From the NCBI GenBank assembly GCA_003344405.1, contig NOWV01000190.1, positions 1 to 64,000 on the forward strand: a DNA stretch of 64,000 nucleotides, in the 5' to 3' direction. The DNA comes from Trichoplax sp. H2 (Eukaryota). The notes under the pieces were generated by a model. That model had not been told where the DNA came from. It saw only the letters and a program-made list of their open reading frames with translations, and did no database searches. A program made the position numbers and the translations under genes. Each line of letters starts with the position of its first letter. Positions within the stretch are counted from its first letter, which is position 1. Below are positions 26,142-40,600 of the stretch, piece by piece.

Positions 26142-26979
26142 ATATATTTATAAAATTTTATGCCTAATCATATGCAGCGATAATTAAAGATAAATTTTGT
26201 CTTAACCTTTATTTCCCTGTGAATATCTAGCTTGAGCTCAAATTGGCTTTACTCAAAATCGAACATGAAGTAAAATAGTACCATTTTATATACCATATTC
26301 GTCTACAGATTTTGAGGAATTTGTTATTTAAAATCCTTACTTGTTACCTTTCTCTTCTCCAAAATTTACTAAATCTACAAGTATTACAGTTAGGAAACAT
26401 AAATACAGTCAAAGGAATTTGTTAGACTAAATTAACAACTACTTGTACTTTATCAAAAAGTATGTGACAACAGCTAGAGATTATTTTAGAAACGATTTAA
26501 AGCTATCCAAATTTTGCTACTTTACTTCCTAAAGTATCCTCTAAGATATACAGAAACATCCTTAATTAAAACAAATTTGCAGAAATAATTCATTAATACG
26601 CCACATGTCCCAAAATCTTCAATATAAGTCAACAATACACTTATGAATCATGTAACCGGGCTAAAAATTGCAGATGAAATGCGGTATGAAATAATAAAGT
26701 TAGCAATTATTCAATATCTTAATTTATTTTAGAATATTTACGAATAGAGAAACTTATGATGTTAGCCGGATCCAATTTAATAAGTAAAAATTTATCATGT
26801 ATAAGTAAAGTTGTTACTGTGATCATAATCTTAGCTATCAGGTATATTACTAGGGCAAAATAAAGTATAGATATAAGATCTTGAATTAGAAAATACTGCT
26901 TCCTTTCTGCTAATATACAGCGACATGAATAAAAAGTTTTACCTTTATCGCTGATAATTATAAGACAATCAAACGGCCG

Positions 26980-28023
26980 TTAATGAGTAGACGATGTACT
27001 TTTTTTGTTAGATAATCGAATTTTCGGTCGATATGAAATGATACCTATGCTAGCTAATAACCTTTTGATTTCTTCCTTAAAAGTTGGGCTAGCAAAGTAG
27101 TACAGGATAGGATTGAAGACGCATGGTTGGATCATAATTAGTGGGAACATTTGAAAGAAAATCCAAAATCGAGACGGATAGAATAAATAAAAGCGTGGGT
27201 CGATTACTTTATGATAAGTCATGAATGCATAAAGGATAATAAATGGGCCAGTTGATATAGCGGATAGGATAGTACTTGAAAGTAATGCCGTTATACTTAA
27301 CTTTTTCTTTTGTATCATTTTCCTAATTTTCACTTTATAGGATGATTCATTAACGGGGATTTTCCTTACACAGAGTTTGGCAATAATCATGGTGTAACAG
27401 ACAGTAATGATAAGCAGTGGGATAATACAGCTGATGATGGCAAATATTATAGTACATATCGCACTGGTGAAAGAAGAACCTTTGGAATATATTCCAGTGC
27501 AATCAACGATTTTGTTTTCTTCGAAATTGGTTGCAAAAACGATTAAAAACGATCCTCCAATTGAAATTGACCAGGAAAACAGTAAATTGGCCACTATTTT
27601 CCGGTTACGATAAGGCGATTTAAAAGGATGCAGTATTGTATGGCATCGTTCCTGTCCAATAAAGGCCAGCGAAAGCAATGAGTTAGACATTGACGCAGCT
27701 GCGAAAAAGTTCAAAAACCGACATACAGTATTTACTGATGTCACCGTTAGGCCATGAAATGCTTGAGGATAGGTTGAGATTACGATAGGAAAGGTATATT
27801 TAAGGCAAATGCTCAAACTATGGGTCAAATCGGATAGAGCAACATTGGCAATCAAACGATTAAGAGGCTGCTGAAGATACTGCTTTGTAAAAATCACTAA
27901 GCATACGGTAAGGTTGAATAAAATACCTAACGAGCAAAGAAAATATAAGGCGACTGAATAAGGTATATGATACCAAACATGTGTAGTGTCATTTTGATTA
28001 CTTTCGTTAAACATGACTTTCAT
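26980..28023 (-). CDS. Single-exon class A GPCR, orphan (ERC variant of the E/DRY motif)
   Basis: 347 aa; NVALSD, VCR, QERCH, VDCTG, NPILY. Confidence 0.92.
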   Translation of the reverse strand: MKVMFNESNQNDTTHVWYHIPYSVALYFLCSLGILFNLTVCLVIFTKQYLQQPLNRLIANVALSDLTHSLSICLKYTFPIVISTYPQAFHGLTVTSVNTVCRFLNFFAAASMSNSLLSLAFIGQERCHTILHPFKSPYRNRKIVANLLFSWSISIGGSFLIVFATNFEENKIVDCTGIYSKGSSFTSAICTIIFAIISCIIPLLIITVCYTMIIAKLCVRKIPVNESSYKVKIRKMIQKKKLSITALLSSTILSAISTGPFIILYAFMTYHKVIDPRFYLFYPSRFWIFFQMFPLIMIQPCVFNPILYYFASPTFKEEIKRLLASIGIISYRPKIRLSNKKSTSSTH

Positions 28024-29071
28024 TTTGACTTGAAAGGTAAGTAAACTAAATTTCAGAATCGTATTGTTTATAGAACTGAATTTTGTAAATGTACTTCAGT
28101 ACCATTTGGTAGGAAAATTATTGAGTTGGCTAATAGTGTACTTTATATAATGATCCTATCAAATTTCTACTTTTAACTTAATCAAGCCCCTTGAAAGTTT
28201 TCATTGAGCAAGTTTTCAAGGCAAGTAACTTATTTATGTAGACAGAAACAGATACTCGACTACCATCAAAAGATTTGTTTCCCTTAATAGAAAACTGATA
28301 ACATTAAAAGCATTATTTTATTATCAATGTTTAGAAAAACAATTAATTCCAGTAATTTGATAAAGACTTATGATATGATAGAGTAATTTTCAATAAAAGG
28401 ACATAATATATTCAATTTACAAAAGTGGATATCAAAGTTCTTTGATACATTCATGACCTTTCTAGATCTTCGTATAATATCATTTTTTGCATTGTTGCAT
28501 AATATAAGATGTTCAGTTATTCAATTTACAATGGCACCAATCAAGTGAAGATACAAGAATTATAATTGACAGAATTGAATACAAGATTTTAATAGAATTG
28601 CACGCTCACAATTCTGAAATAAAGAATAGAGACAAAAATTTCAAATATCATTAAGGGAGAACATTAAGCATTATCTATATTAGCAATGAATTAATCAACT
28701 AACGTTTAGGCATGGTATTTCACAGAAATTAGTGTTTATAATCGCTCTTAAATTAATTTAAGGACATTTACGCAATCTAAGGATCCCAATATTTTCGGCC
28801 CTCGTAGAAAATATCCATATATGGGTTAAGGTGGGCTACTTTAGACGAAGCTATCAGTTTACGTGGTCAAAGAGGTTTTGCGGTAGGTATGAGTAAATAC
28901 AGGCTTTGATTTGAAGAAAAAAATCAAGTTGTCAATTTTAGCTAGTGCTAATTTATAGATTATATAACGTACATAGGCATACGAATGCACCAATACGATG
29001 AAGTATTTCATTCCTCCATAGCTGAAAAGATTTTATAACTGTCTTGTCTGGTATTGCTAATCAGCAGCTTT

Positions 29072-29514
29072 TGTACAGTTACTGACAAATAGTAATCGTA
29101 CCTAAACTAGTCTATCTACTGTTAAGGTTCTCCGACTAACTCCGTAGATCCTCCGTAAGGGAAAAATAACGTATTCCGATACTATAGCAATCGAGTCAAA
29201 CGGTAGGTTTAGGTTAATAAATATATTTATTACTAGCCCGTTTACGTTAGTACCAGTGTGCTCTACGTTAGCCTCAGTGGAATTGAGATTAAAAATTAAT
29301 AATCAAGCTTATTTATAATTTCATATTTCTCATAAATAACCCCGGTGCTAATCTTTCACGTTAAATTATATAATGTGCAATACAGGCTTACTGTAGACAA
29401 GACCGAGTGTTAATTAATTTTTGTTACTAATAAATATGACAGTGTATCATTACAGTTATTCTACTATCGTAAATTACTACTAGTTATACGTAAGGAGCAT
29501 CAAGCTCCGTAACA
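29072..29514 (-). mobile_element. Diverged solo-LTR-like element, family C
   Basis: Minus strand starts TGTTACGGAGCTTGATGCTCC (same as 51028); its distal part matches 53021-53148; left boundary approximate, TSD not seen. Confidence 0.7.
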
Positions 29515-29916
29515 TGAAGCTAATAAATTTAAGTTTCAATAGAGGGAAATCGTAAGTAAAAGGATTGAAATATGCAAGTAGAGCAGGTTATGTTGAAAAT
29601 GAAGTATTTTTGATATGATCAGGTTTGATGATAGGTTTGCAAATAAAGTCCGACCGAATCGAAGCTTGACTAGCCATTTTTAAAACTGTAGCATGTTTAA
29701 GCTTTGCCTTAAGCCTTTAATAAAAAACGATCAAGAAGAAGAAGAAAAGGGTACATCTTTAATTTGTTGAGGGAACAGTAATCGCAGTTCGAACTATCTA
29801 CCGTAAAATGTTACATGGGTAGAAAAGATTGCATTAAGTAGTGACATCTGTAAATTTATGGCAGCCATCTCAGCTAATTATGCATTAGTAAGGTAGTAGC
29901 AACTGACGACTGATGG

Positions 29917-30548
29917 TGTTACAACGTTATATACTGTATTAGAGTAGAAATATCTATGTTAGGATAATTCTTGTTAGCCTATCCTTATTTAGTTAACTTC
30001 TAATTTTGGATATACTGTGTTTTAATATAGCATTGACTTTTTATGACAGTGACACATATACACATACTGAAATTAATAGTTATAATAGGGAATGCAAATC
30101 ATCTACTTACAGTTCAAATCATTATGATCGTAATTTACTTATGGTAGATTGTAAATTATCATGGAAATGTTCCGTGATAGGACATATCGTAATCTGACTA
30201 TTCTGTAATAGTCATTACATGTCTATGTTGGTAAATACTGTTGTCTGCATTAAGGGAGCAGTAGCTAAAATTAATATCTAATTCAGTAAATGATTCTAAT
30301 GTTAATTGTATTAACTATGACTTATGAACTATTGAGGAATAGTATATAAATGCAGTATATCGTACAATAAAGTGAATTCTCAAGCTTAGTGTTTAACGTA
30401 AAATACGAGGCGTCTAAGCCTTTTTGTAGTCTGCTAGTAGAGCAAAAGTGTTTGTAATAGTGCAGATATCGTTCCTTGATACGTGGTTCAAGGAATTGAC
30501 TTATTGATCGTATATTTCGTTATCTTGTTGCAAAACTGTTTTGTGACA
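29917..30548 (+). mobile_element. Solo-LTR-like insertion, family A copy 3
   Basis: TGTTACA...TGTGACA; perfect TSD GATGG (29912-29916 / 30549-30553); empty paralogous site at ~1036 (ctgatggatagttcaa). Confidence 0.9.
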
Positions 30549-31721
30549 GATGGCTAGAATAGTTCAAAATCCATTCAAGATGCTACCACTGATTTTAATT
30601 CCGAACATAGATAGAAAAATCGCAGGAGCTTAAAGTGTGATCTCACCTCAAAGTAAACAGCCAGGAGGTGCTGGTCAATTTTATAGCTGTTGTAAAGCGA
30701 TTATTCTACACTGCGGCATTGACTTGATTAATTATCGTAAGTCTACGATAGGATGTGATACGATATAAGTGATTGACTATGAGCTTATTGCCATTATTAA
30801 TATAAATATCTAAGCAGCTGCTGCTAGGTAATTAATATGGATAATATCAATAGTGAACTCACAATGCAACGTATACTGTACATTAATCATAATCCATTCT
30901 GTGCAGAAACAACAGACAGTAATTAGAAGTTGTTATTATGCAGGCAATTAGATTGTTTTTGATACATGAAGTAGCGAAAAAACTGCTTTTGAAGCTGAGA
31001 GATTATTAGCAGAGCTATACAGGGTAGTTTTAAAAGTTATTTTATCCCCAATTTTTCTTTATTTCTAGTTGAAGATTAATTCTTGGATAACAATCGAATA
31101 AGCAAAACTTCGCATTTGACAAGTATGAAGCTTATTATTGTGAGAAAGTGGCAAAGTATCTGTTAATTTCATCATAGTGTAATCAGCTCTTCGCATAAGC
31201 GATAAGGCCGATTAATAAATGTATTCTCTGATAAATGCAATAAAAGTAACTAAATCATTTGTTATTGCTGATGGTGGCTTTCAATGCTATAATCTATATT
31301 TCATAACCAGATTGCATTATCATCTAGTAGCTATCTAAAAGGATAGTAAGCTATGAGCTTACGCGTGGATCATTTTGAAGGCAAGAATTATCATTTTGAT
31401 AGCCTAACCTCTTCGTCAAGGTTATGATTGATTGTGGGTGATTGTAATATGGTCGTCTATAGCTTATCCTGCTAGACTGCTACAAATAGCAAGAAAGTAA
31501 GTAGGACTATTTACTTCAATTCGCTACAGTGATCAATAAATACTTAGGAAAAACTATGAAGATCACTTTACTCTAAAATGAATTAACTGCTTCGAAATTC
31601 ACAATTAGTCCATTTTAGATACAGGATTGATAATTTTATTCGACTAATCTAATTAGCTTCTGTTCACCTTTAGTATTGACATAGCAATCGTTGAATGTTA
31701 TTTTGCTACTAATCATGTAAA

Positions 31722-31983
31722 TGTTACGTTGTTAAATTGCTATATACGCACCACAAGTTTGGTGATAGGGTATAAAAGGAGGAGCAAATGCTCAAGTCTT
31801 CAGTTCTTGATTTGTTAGTAACCGGCTAATCTATTAATAAAACTATACTAAACCTTTAGAACAGTCTTATCCCTGCGTGAGCGCAAGTAGGGTAGGCCTA
31901 CCGCGCAGTATCTAAGTGTAAAGAAGCTAGGAATAAGTAATCTATTAGTTTAGGATAGTTGTTCGCAAGTTGAGTTTGTGACA
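31722..31983 (+). mobile_element. Possible LTR-like remnant
   Basis: GGGTATAAAAGG, then AATAAA, then the family-like 3' end TTCGCAAGTTGAGTTTGTGACA; 5' boundary uncertain and no TSD found. Confidence 0.45.
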
Positions 31984-33985
31984 CGATATATGTGATATCT
32001 CTTGATAGAGTAAAACACTACTTAAAGTATGCATAGCTTGTCTTAACTGTGGCTATGACCTGGTATTTAAATTAAGTATTAGAAGGCTATTATTGTCACA
32101 GCGTTAGGTTGTAACAGCCTTGTAATTTATTATTTTAAAAAAAAAAATATAAGCAATTGTTAGATTTATGTCTCTAAAATAACTATTAGTGAGAATTGTA
32201 GGAATCTATTATATAAGATAGTTGGCTGATGGTAGAATGCTTGATGCAGTTAATTTTTAAGCATGGAGTTTTAATTTATGCTGCTAAATTCATTAAGGTA
32301 TTTGTTATGATAGAGCTTTAAGAATTACTGTCGTAGGTCAAACTAACTCATAATAAATGTACTTTAAATTAAGAAAACTGATTTGAATATTATTTTTTAC
32401 TATTACTGGCTTTTACCTCCAATACAAGATTTCTACATTAAGTAAAGTACAATAATTACAGTTTGTGGCAACAGATTTTATTAAACATGACTGATAGCAA
32501 ACCAAGTTGCTATCAAGTCACACATATTAAATGTGTTCAGTTTTGCCTGTAATAAATAATTTTTGTACTTAATATACTAATGATTTGGTCTGATTTGGTC
32601 TTTTTAGGTATGTTTGATAGCAAAACATAATGTATACAAGTCATGCTTATAAGTTAAAAATTGCAAGAACTTCCCGCAAATTAAAAGCTTACTCATCGTA
32701 GGTACCATAACATCAGCTCTTTGTACGAATGGATTCATTGCTCTTATAGTTTGAATAAGTGCAAGTACGGTCAGCTATTGAAAAATATTTCTATCCGCTT
32801 TAGAATTAATTTATGTTTGTTTGCAAGCCAGCAGAATAGTATAGAGCTTTTGTATATAAATTTAATCATAATTGAACTGCTCAAACTAAAAGCATTCCAC
32901 GCCTACTATTTTCTTATATCATATGTTAAAGGCATTCCATAGTTACTATTGAGAGTCTAGATAATAGCAAATTAAATAGAAAACCTGTCGATTGTCTAAA
33001 TTCCGAATTAATGTTGCTCTAACCGAATAATACTTGTAATTATTAAAACAATATCTCTCTATTACTAAGTAGTTTAGCCTAGTCAACATTAAAGCAAAGC
33101 AGAACATGACTGTACTCGTCCAGTGATTGTAATGTTGTTGACATTATTGTTTCGTTGATTTTATATAAAAGTTGCACGTGTTTTGCAAACTATTACATTT
33201 CAAATTTAGGTAGAAAAATAACAAAATGTATCAGATTGTCATTTCTAATTTCAGATTGCACCAGTGAGGCTTACTAATAAGAAGTAGTTTAAATTAGCAG
33301 TAGCTCAAGATTTCTCGGATCTGCCCTAGTAAAGTACAGCTTTTACAAATTCTATCCTACGAGTACTGCTATAGATACGAATTCCACGCAATACTGTGTG
33401 ACTACTCCTACGTGAAGCTAAGTAATTGCAAACTATCGGCTTACGAGAACTCTTATTACAGTTATTTTGGCAGCAATTGTTGTAAAGACCTACTTTGGAT
33501 TAGCTCTCGCTAGGATCTCCGGTTAGTAAATACAATTACCTCAATAAAATCAATTACTTTTGCTATTCATTCATCATTAGCCGTACTTAACACAACAAGT
33601 TAGCCATGGCAGATATAAACAATTGTTTAACACAGTAAATTGCTAAATCATATAGTCCTAATTACAGTTGTCTGCTTACTATTACTTGGTACAAGAAATT
33701 AATAGAACATTATTTCGCTACCATACGGCAATGTTTGATTCCCTATCCATTCCATGATTAAACCATAGTCAAATTAGAGTTACAACCTAATTTACCTTGT
33801 GTTTTAGAATTTTGCTATCTTATATAAAGCTAAAATATTCCATTAATGATGATTTCTATAGTTCGCTTTGTTATAATCGGTTACTTAGTCATACCTATTG
33901 CTGAAAGTGATTGCTTGAAAAGTACCTTCGGCGTAATATCTTTGTGATTTTTATAACATTAATAGCTACTGGATTTGACACCTCG

Positions 33986-34341
33986 TTTGAAGATATTCAA
34001 TTACAGATGATACTATATATATATATATAATTCTGTGTATGGACATACTGTAGTCCAACTACCTAGAATCGCTCAGTACATGTCTAAGATTATGAATAAT
34101 TTCTGTATTAATTTAGTTATCCAATATGAACTAAACTGCTATCACTCATGCGTAATAACTGCTGCCGAAGGGTGTTTAAGCCCAGCAGATAACTGAATAA
34201 CAGGATAATGCTATAGTTAGTTAGCGTAGAAGCAAAGGCGTCTAAATTCTTTTGAGGTGGTTAAGGGATACTCAATCCCGAAAATATTGTAATTTAGAGA
34301 GTTATTTTACGTTACCTTTCTCACGAAGCTGGTTTGTGAAA
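33986..34341 (+). mobile_element. 5'-truncated family B LTR-like copy just upstream of PARP copy 1
   Basis: ggacatactgtagtcc...gtctaaattctt...ttttacgttacctttctcacgaagctggtttgtgaa matches 1343-1616. Confidence 0.75.
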
Positions 34342-34620
34342 TGAATTAATAGCTAAAATAAATAATAGTGATAATTCATTAAGAAAAGATAAGGTTTTAC
34401 CACGTCCTAGTACTTAATTAGTTTCAAACATCGAGTCTCAAAAATCGTCAAATGCTTACGGATAGATGTATGCTAGATTCAGTTTTCAACACTTTAAAAA
34501 TATTAAATTTATGTTACTGCTATTTTACTTCTTTAAAAGAAAAATGCTATCTATGATGTAAGTTGTACAGAATATCTGGTTCAAATATTAAGTTTTACTG
34601 ACTTCTAGGGAATACAAAAC

Positions 34621-37600
34621 ATGAAAAGAAAACAAGCTTTACAGAAAAACCCTGATAAGGCTAAAACAGTGAAAAGCTCACAAAGTGCGGATAGCAAATA
34701 TGAGGAATATGAGGTGAGAACGAATCTCAATCAACTACTAAAATTAAATGAGCTAAATTAAAATCACCTTATTAACTTTATTTACACCAATATACGACTT
34801 CTTTCATATTGTAAATCTTTTAAAAAATTGCAAACTGAGCTAGGAGCAAATGATGTTGTTATGGGAAACAAGAAATAAAATAGGGAGTGAATGCACTGAG
34901 GAAATGCTTAGAGTGATGCAATCTCGAAATAATCGTCCAGAGCTATCTGGAAATGGAGTGAGTTTGAAATGAGCATGAATTAAAAGTTAACGATATGCCG
35001 CTATATTATTCACTTAAATTGGATTGCATTTTATGACCTGATCAATAAATATTGATGTTGAAATAGAACTTGGAAAGTTGTGCTGATGGTATCTTATTCG
35101 GAGCATTTAAGCCCTGTCCAATCTGCCATCAGTCAGAAATCCGTTTCAGGTAATTAAAATGCTTTGAACCAGCGTATCGAGAAGTTTACTACAGAAGCAG
35201 AACTTCATAAGAAAGCATTGATGCCAATACCCTACAAAAAGCAGCTTGATTTATCTAAGAGATTTTAAGCTAAATTTTTAAATAGTATGTACTAGTAATA
35301 TATTTTGACATAGGTTTGAGTTAAAGATTGCTTCATTATGAATAGATTGTTAAACTAAAATTAAAAATTTAATATTAGCAAAAAATCCCGTTGCTACAAG
35401 TGCTATAGTTTTATGGGAGGTAAGGTATGCGAATATGTAACAGATAAAGCTGAAAGAACTGCCTGGACAATTCCTGAAGAATTTAAGGCAATATCTCCAT
35501 TTCTGTGAGTAGACGTCGTGAATCGCATGACATTAACTATGCTTTACAAATAAACTTATTCCTCCATTTTCAATGCCTTTTAGATATTCATCTATACCCT
35601 TCTTCTGTATTTAAGTACTAGTAAATCAATTGATGATATGAAGATATCTTTAACTTTTGTACTTTCCTATCAGTGCATGTTTCTGATACTAATTTGTTAC
35701 ATGCAGAGCAAGTTATAGTTACATTCCTCGTGATCGAGTTTACTGCTGGGCTGACACATATAGTCCTCTTCCTGATGAATTGAGATGGCCTACGGTGTGC
35801 AGGTATGACAATAACCAAGTATTAAAGAATATATAAAAATATATATATATACAATGTTTATATGAGATTTCAACAACTACTATCTATATAGACACCATTA
35901 AATTTAATTCCACGTATTTTTACTATTTTTATCAAGTTTTCAGTTATAATTAATTAAAATCTAATTTTAATGACGGTAACTGCTGCCTTATTAAATGTAC
36001 TGTAATGATTTGATTATCTTATTTCAGATCTGATATTTTAAAGATAAGACCATTAGGCAGTATACGTATTACAGCTATCGGCAAGCTTAAAAACAATAAT
36101 GTAAGTCAATTTGAAAGCTAGATTCAATTTTCTTCATTTATGAGTACGTATTTGAGTCTCCTGCAAAGCCAAATGTTATGGTCTTACGTGATGCTAAGGG
36201 TAACATTAAGAAGAAAATAAGTAACTTAGGTGGCATATTTCGCGATCAGATCTCCAAATATATCGATTTATGCATCAGTAACTCAGGTTATCAGAAATAT
36301 CACTTAATTTATTACCTTTACATTAGTAGCATACGGTGTTTGCAATTGGAATCTATCTAAGCTGTAATTATATTTTGCATTCAGAATCACTTAGTAAAGC
36401 TGAAAAACAGAAAATTGATAGTCTGGCTTTGCCTGTTGTTTCGGATAAGTTCCTTGAATTTATTAATGACATCAATTTCGATGAGGCTATGATAAAATAT
36501 GCTATTAGCAATTGCACAATCGATAAGGTTAGTTGTATTAGAATGAATAAAATCATAGATTACGTTTAATTTTCGCTTAATTTGCCTGTAACCAGATATA
36601 CTTATAATATATGAGTATGTCTAATAATCGAATTCGATACTGTATTTATTTTAGATTGCAAGTATTAAAAACAGGAGACAAGGTAAGTTGAATTATTAGC
36701 TATTGATTCACTTCTGGTATTGTTGTCAACTGATACTAATCATGAAATTAATTTTAATTTCTTATAATTACTAATAATATTTGTAGGATACTATTCAACA
36801 AGTATTATTGATTTACGCAAAAACAGCAAAGCGGTTGTAGATCCTTACTCTGGTATTTATATTATAAATGCATAACTAATCACTTGGCCTAAGTACATCT
36901 GTTAGAGCTTCTGGTAGAAATGGCTCTGTATAAAATAATTGTGGCATTTAATAAATTGCTTAGTGAGAAAAAATAATTAGCAAATCAAATTTTATCTAGA
37001 ATTTAAAAGTTTATATTTAATATTTGATAGGCTTGCAAGATGACTATCATGTTATTGAAGATTCAAATGGTATTGTTTACAGCGTAGTGCTTGAAAAGAC
37101 GCCTTGCGAATTTCTTAAATTACAGGCACTAAAGCATAATCAATTGAATCAGTTAGTTTATTTTTTGTATGATCATATACAAATTATATTAGCTGATTAT
37201 TGCTACACTTTGTATTTGTAGATAAATTGCTTTAATTTGATAAAACGGAATTTGTTACATATTATATAGCTGTTGCTTTGTTCGGATTAAAGATTATGTG
37301 GCTGGCATTGGAGAAATAAGAATTGAAATTGAAGTTAGAAAACAATTTTCTTTTACTTAACAGTGACCAAATATAATACGATTGTAATCATTGTGCTCAT
37401 TTGCGGAATAAATTACATAGAGCTTTATGTATTAGTATGTTTATGTTTCCTCGCTAATCATTTTTTAGGATGGCCTTACCGAAATAGAAGCCAAGATGGC
37501 TTTAGATGCTAAGTACTTTCAGAAAACAGGTTTGTACGAATAGCATATTATCACTGTCTCTTAAACAGTTTAGGTTTATTCAATACTAAGTTATTCTTTT

Positions 37601-40600
37601 CATAGGTTATTCATTTATAAATGGGATACAAAGTAAGCGCAAGGCGCAAAAGCTTTATTATCCTATTGGTACTGCGTACATTCCAGATGAGGTCTATAAT
37701 TCATTTATTATTTTAGGCAATCGTGCAGCCGTAAATAGCGCTTTTTACTTATAGATTTTTTATTATACTAATTTTTCCCCTTGAAAAATGATTATTGGTC
37801 GCTGATAATTAGGATAAAGAAGCGATTAAATTAGATAGTATAATATCCGAGGCGCAAACTAGTAAACTATCATATGAGATTCAGAAGTTACTGAAATTAA
37901 TTTTTAACGTTAAGTCCATTGCAGCAATAGCCATGGAATATCAGGTATCAGCTATTACCTAAGATGCAAATTAACGGCTCTTATTAAAGTAACATAGACT
38001 ATATTAGATAATCTAATAGCTATATGTGATATATACCAATCACGAAATTCCAAATTTTAGAAAAATAAGGGCTTTATTGAATCTTATACAAAGATTAACT
38101 ACACACAGCTCTACTCTAGCCGAATACTACTACTAAAGACTTCTATAAGGAACTAACAGAATAATCTAAAGTTGCATGCTTTTATATTTTTCGTAGCATT
38201 CGCAGCTACAGTCCGCGTGGCAACCTTTTACCTTATATTACACATAGTTAAATTAGTCTTAGTAACACTATTCTACTGCGGACCATCATTAATCCAATAT
38301 GGATACGGCTACAGTACTTATGTAGACATTATTCACTCCAGCCAATGTACAATGAATTAACCTTATTCTAATATAAGATTTACTGTTCTATTTTTACCTA
38401 TAGCCTTATTAGTAACTCAACACCTTACTGCATATAGTCATCTGAACTCTAGCATAGAGTCTCTACCACTACAGTCTATAGTTATAGCTACCAAATATCT
38501 CTTAGGATAAATATTTACCGTACATTATACTAAATATGGCTAACAGTCTACAATTACAATGCTAAGTTACATTACACTATATTCATAGATTGATGTAGCG
38601 AAATTACCGTTAAAAAATCTCACGGCTGATAGGATTACAAAGGCAATGCAAATTCTTCATCAGCTCGATGCGGTTAGTTTGTTATAAAAAATTTTTTGTT
38701 TAAATTATCTAATCTCAATATTTGATTACGAAATGAAATTGTTATTAGCTGCAAAGTCAAATAGACCGTGCTACAGAATAATTTGCTAAGCAACATAGAT
38801 ATAATAAATACAATAATTAAGCAATTTATTTTGTTACTTAGCTTTCAAATAAGAGAGGTTTGAAAGATCGAGAAAGACTAGACAAGGTCACGAAATTGAA
38901 GCAGAAGTTTAGTAGTATTCTTCCGAAGGAATTATCAATTGACGGTCATCGCTGGTTTGATGATGTATTTCGCGTAAATGTAAATTATTAAGCTAATTTT
39001 GAAAATTAAATCTATTATACTTTATTATCTAACAGAATAAAATTTTATTTTACAAGCACATTAAATAACGAGTTTAGTAGCATGTCTTCTGAATCTTATA
39101 CATTATTTCCGTAGAACATTAAGTATACTTTTGAGCATATTTCCGACATCCCAGTGGCTTATAATCTGATCAAAAGTATTGAAAATGTTAAAAAAGACCC
39201 TATATACAAATTATACCAGAGCTTAAAGACAGAACTTGAAGTATGGCGTATAAATTTAAGCATAGAAAATTTAATGCTTTACGTTAATAATAATATCGTA
39301 TTAAAATTAAAATGCTACATCATGTAATGGAAACTCTTTAGCTTGTAGAAAAAGAAAGTGAAGAATTCAATATGATTTGTGAATATGGTAGCAAAACTTG
39401 TGAATCACCTAGAGAAGAGTATTATAAATTAAAGATAGAAGAGGTTTATAGATAATAATGTGATTTATGAACTTGAGTTGTAGATATAGATAATTAAGAA
39501 CCTTAAACTATACGAGTGAATAATTGCAGTATGTACAATTCAATACGCAGATATATAAGATCAAGAATCATAAAAGTCACAAAACATACGAAAAATTTTG
39601 CGGGTTGGGTAATCGAATGCTTTTATGGAATGGAAATCGCTTAATTAATTATGGTCGAATATTCAAGCAAGGAATACAACCTATGGCAACATTCGGCTAC
39701 CTAGGCGTGAGTATAAGGCTTAGGATTTAAATTCAACTGTATGTGATATTAAATATTAATTACAGCATATAGAACAGTGCTGCACCTTACTACAACAGAG
39801 CTATAGATTTGATTTAAGAATTAACTATTATACCAAAGTGGCTTATTTATGATTCGAACTTGTGATAAAACAAATTCACAAAATCTTTATACGAAACAAT
39901 CCATAATGTAGTCAATACATATTTCAATTTACAAACTGCAAGATCAGTAGTAGTCAGAAAATCATTTATTGAAATTTTCTAACCGAATCCCTAGATTCTA
40001 AATTAATAACTAACGCTGACATAGTAAATAGACAATTTCTATTCTTTCGTAATAAATGCAACGAATTAAATAGCTTTAAAAAGATAACAGATAGTTGCGG
40101 TATTGATATCAAGTTGATTATTAGTAGTTGAAGTTACTATCGATGTCTTCAAAAATTTTCTACAACAGTCAAAAATTGTTACAGCTGGCTACTTTAAATA
40201 TAGCATGCTAATTGAATATAAATATTTCTATGTAGAGGAAAAGTTGTGATTATGGAAAAGGAGTTTATTTTTCAGGTAAGTAGATTGATATATTCTATTT
40301 CTATAACATTGATTTTTAGAAAATTTTTTAGAAAATTGCATTTTAATCCAAAGATAATTTTATTTTCTTAATATACAGATATGATGTGGAAAGTAAGGAA
40401 ACCGTAATTTATATCAACTAGAAATATTTATATTCCTTCATTTCTTTATGATAAATTTAAATATATACTGTAGATTTAATAATGTAATGATACTCAACAT
40501 TAATATTGATAGGCCGCTCTAGATTGTGAAGCTACTTTTACGAATTCTACCGGATTACTATTACTATGTGAAGTCGCACTCGGTAGAACGTATGTCTATC

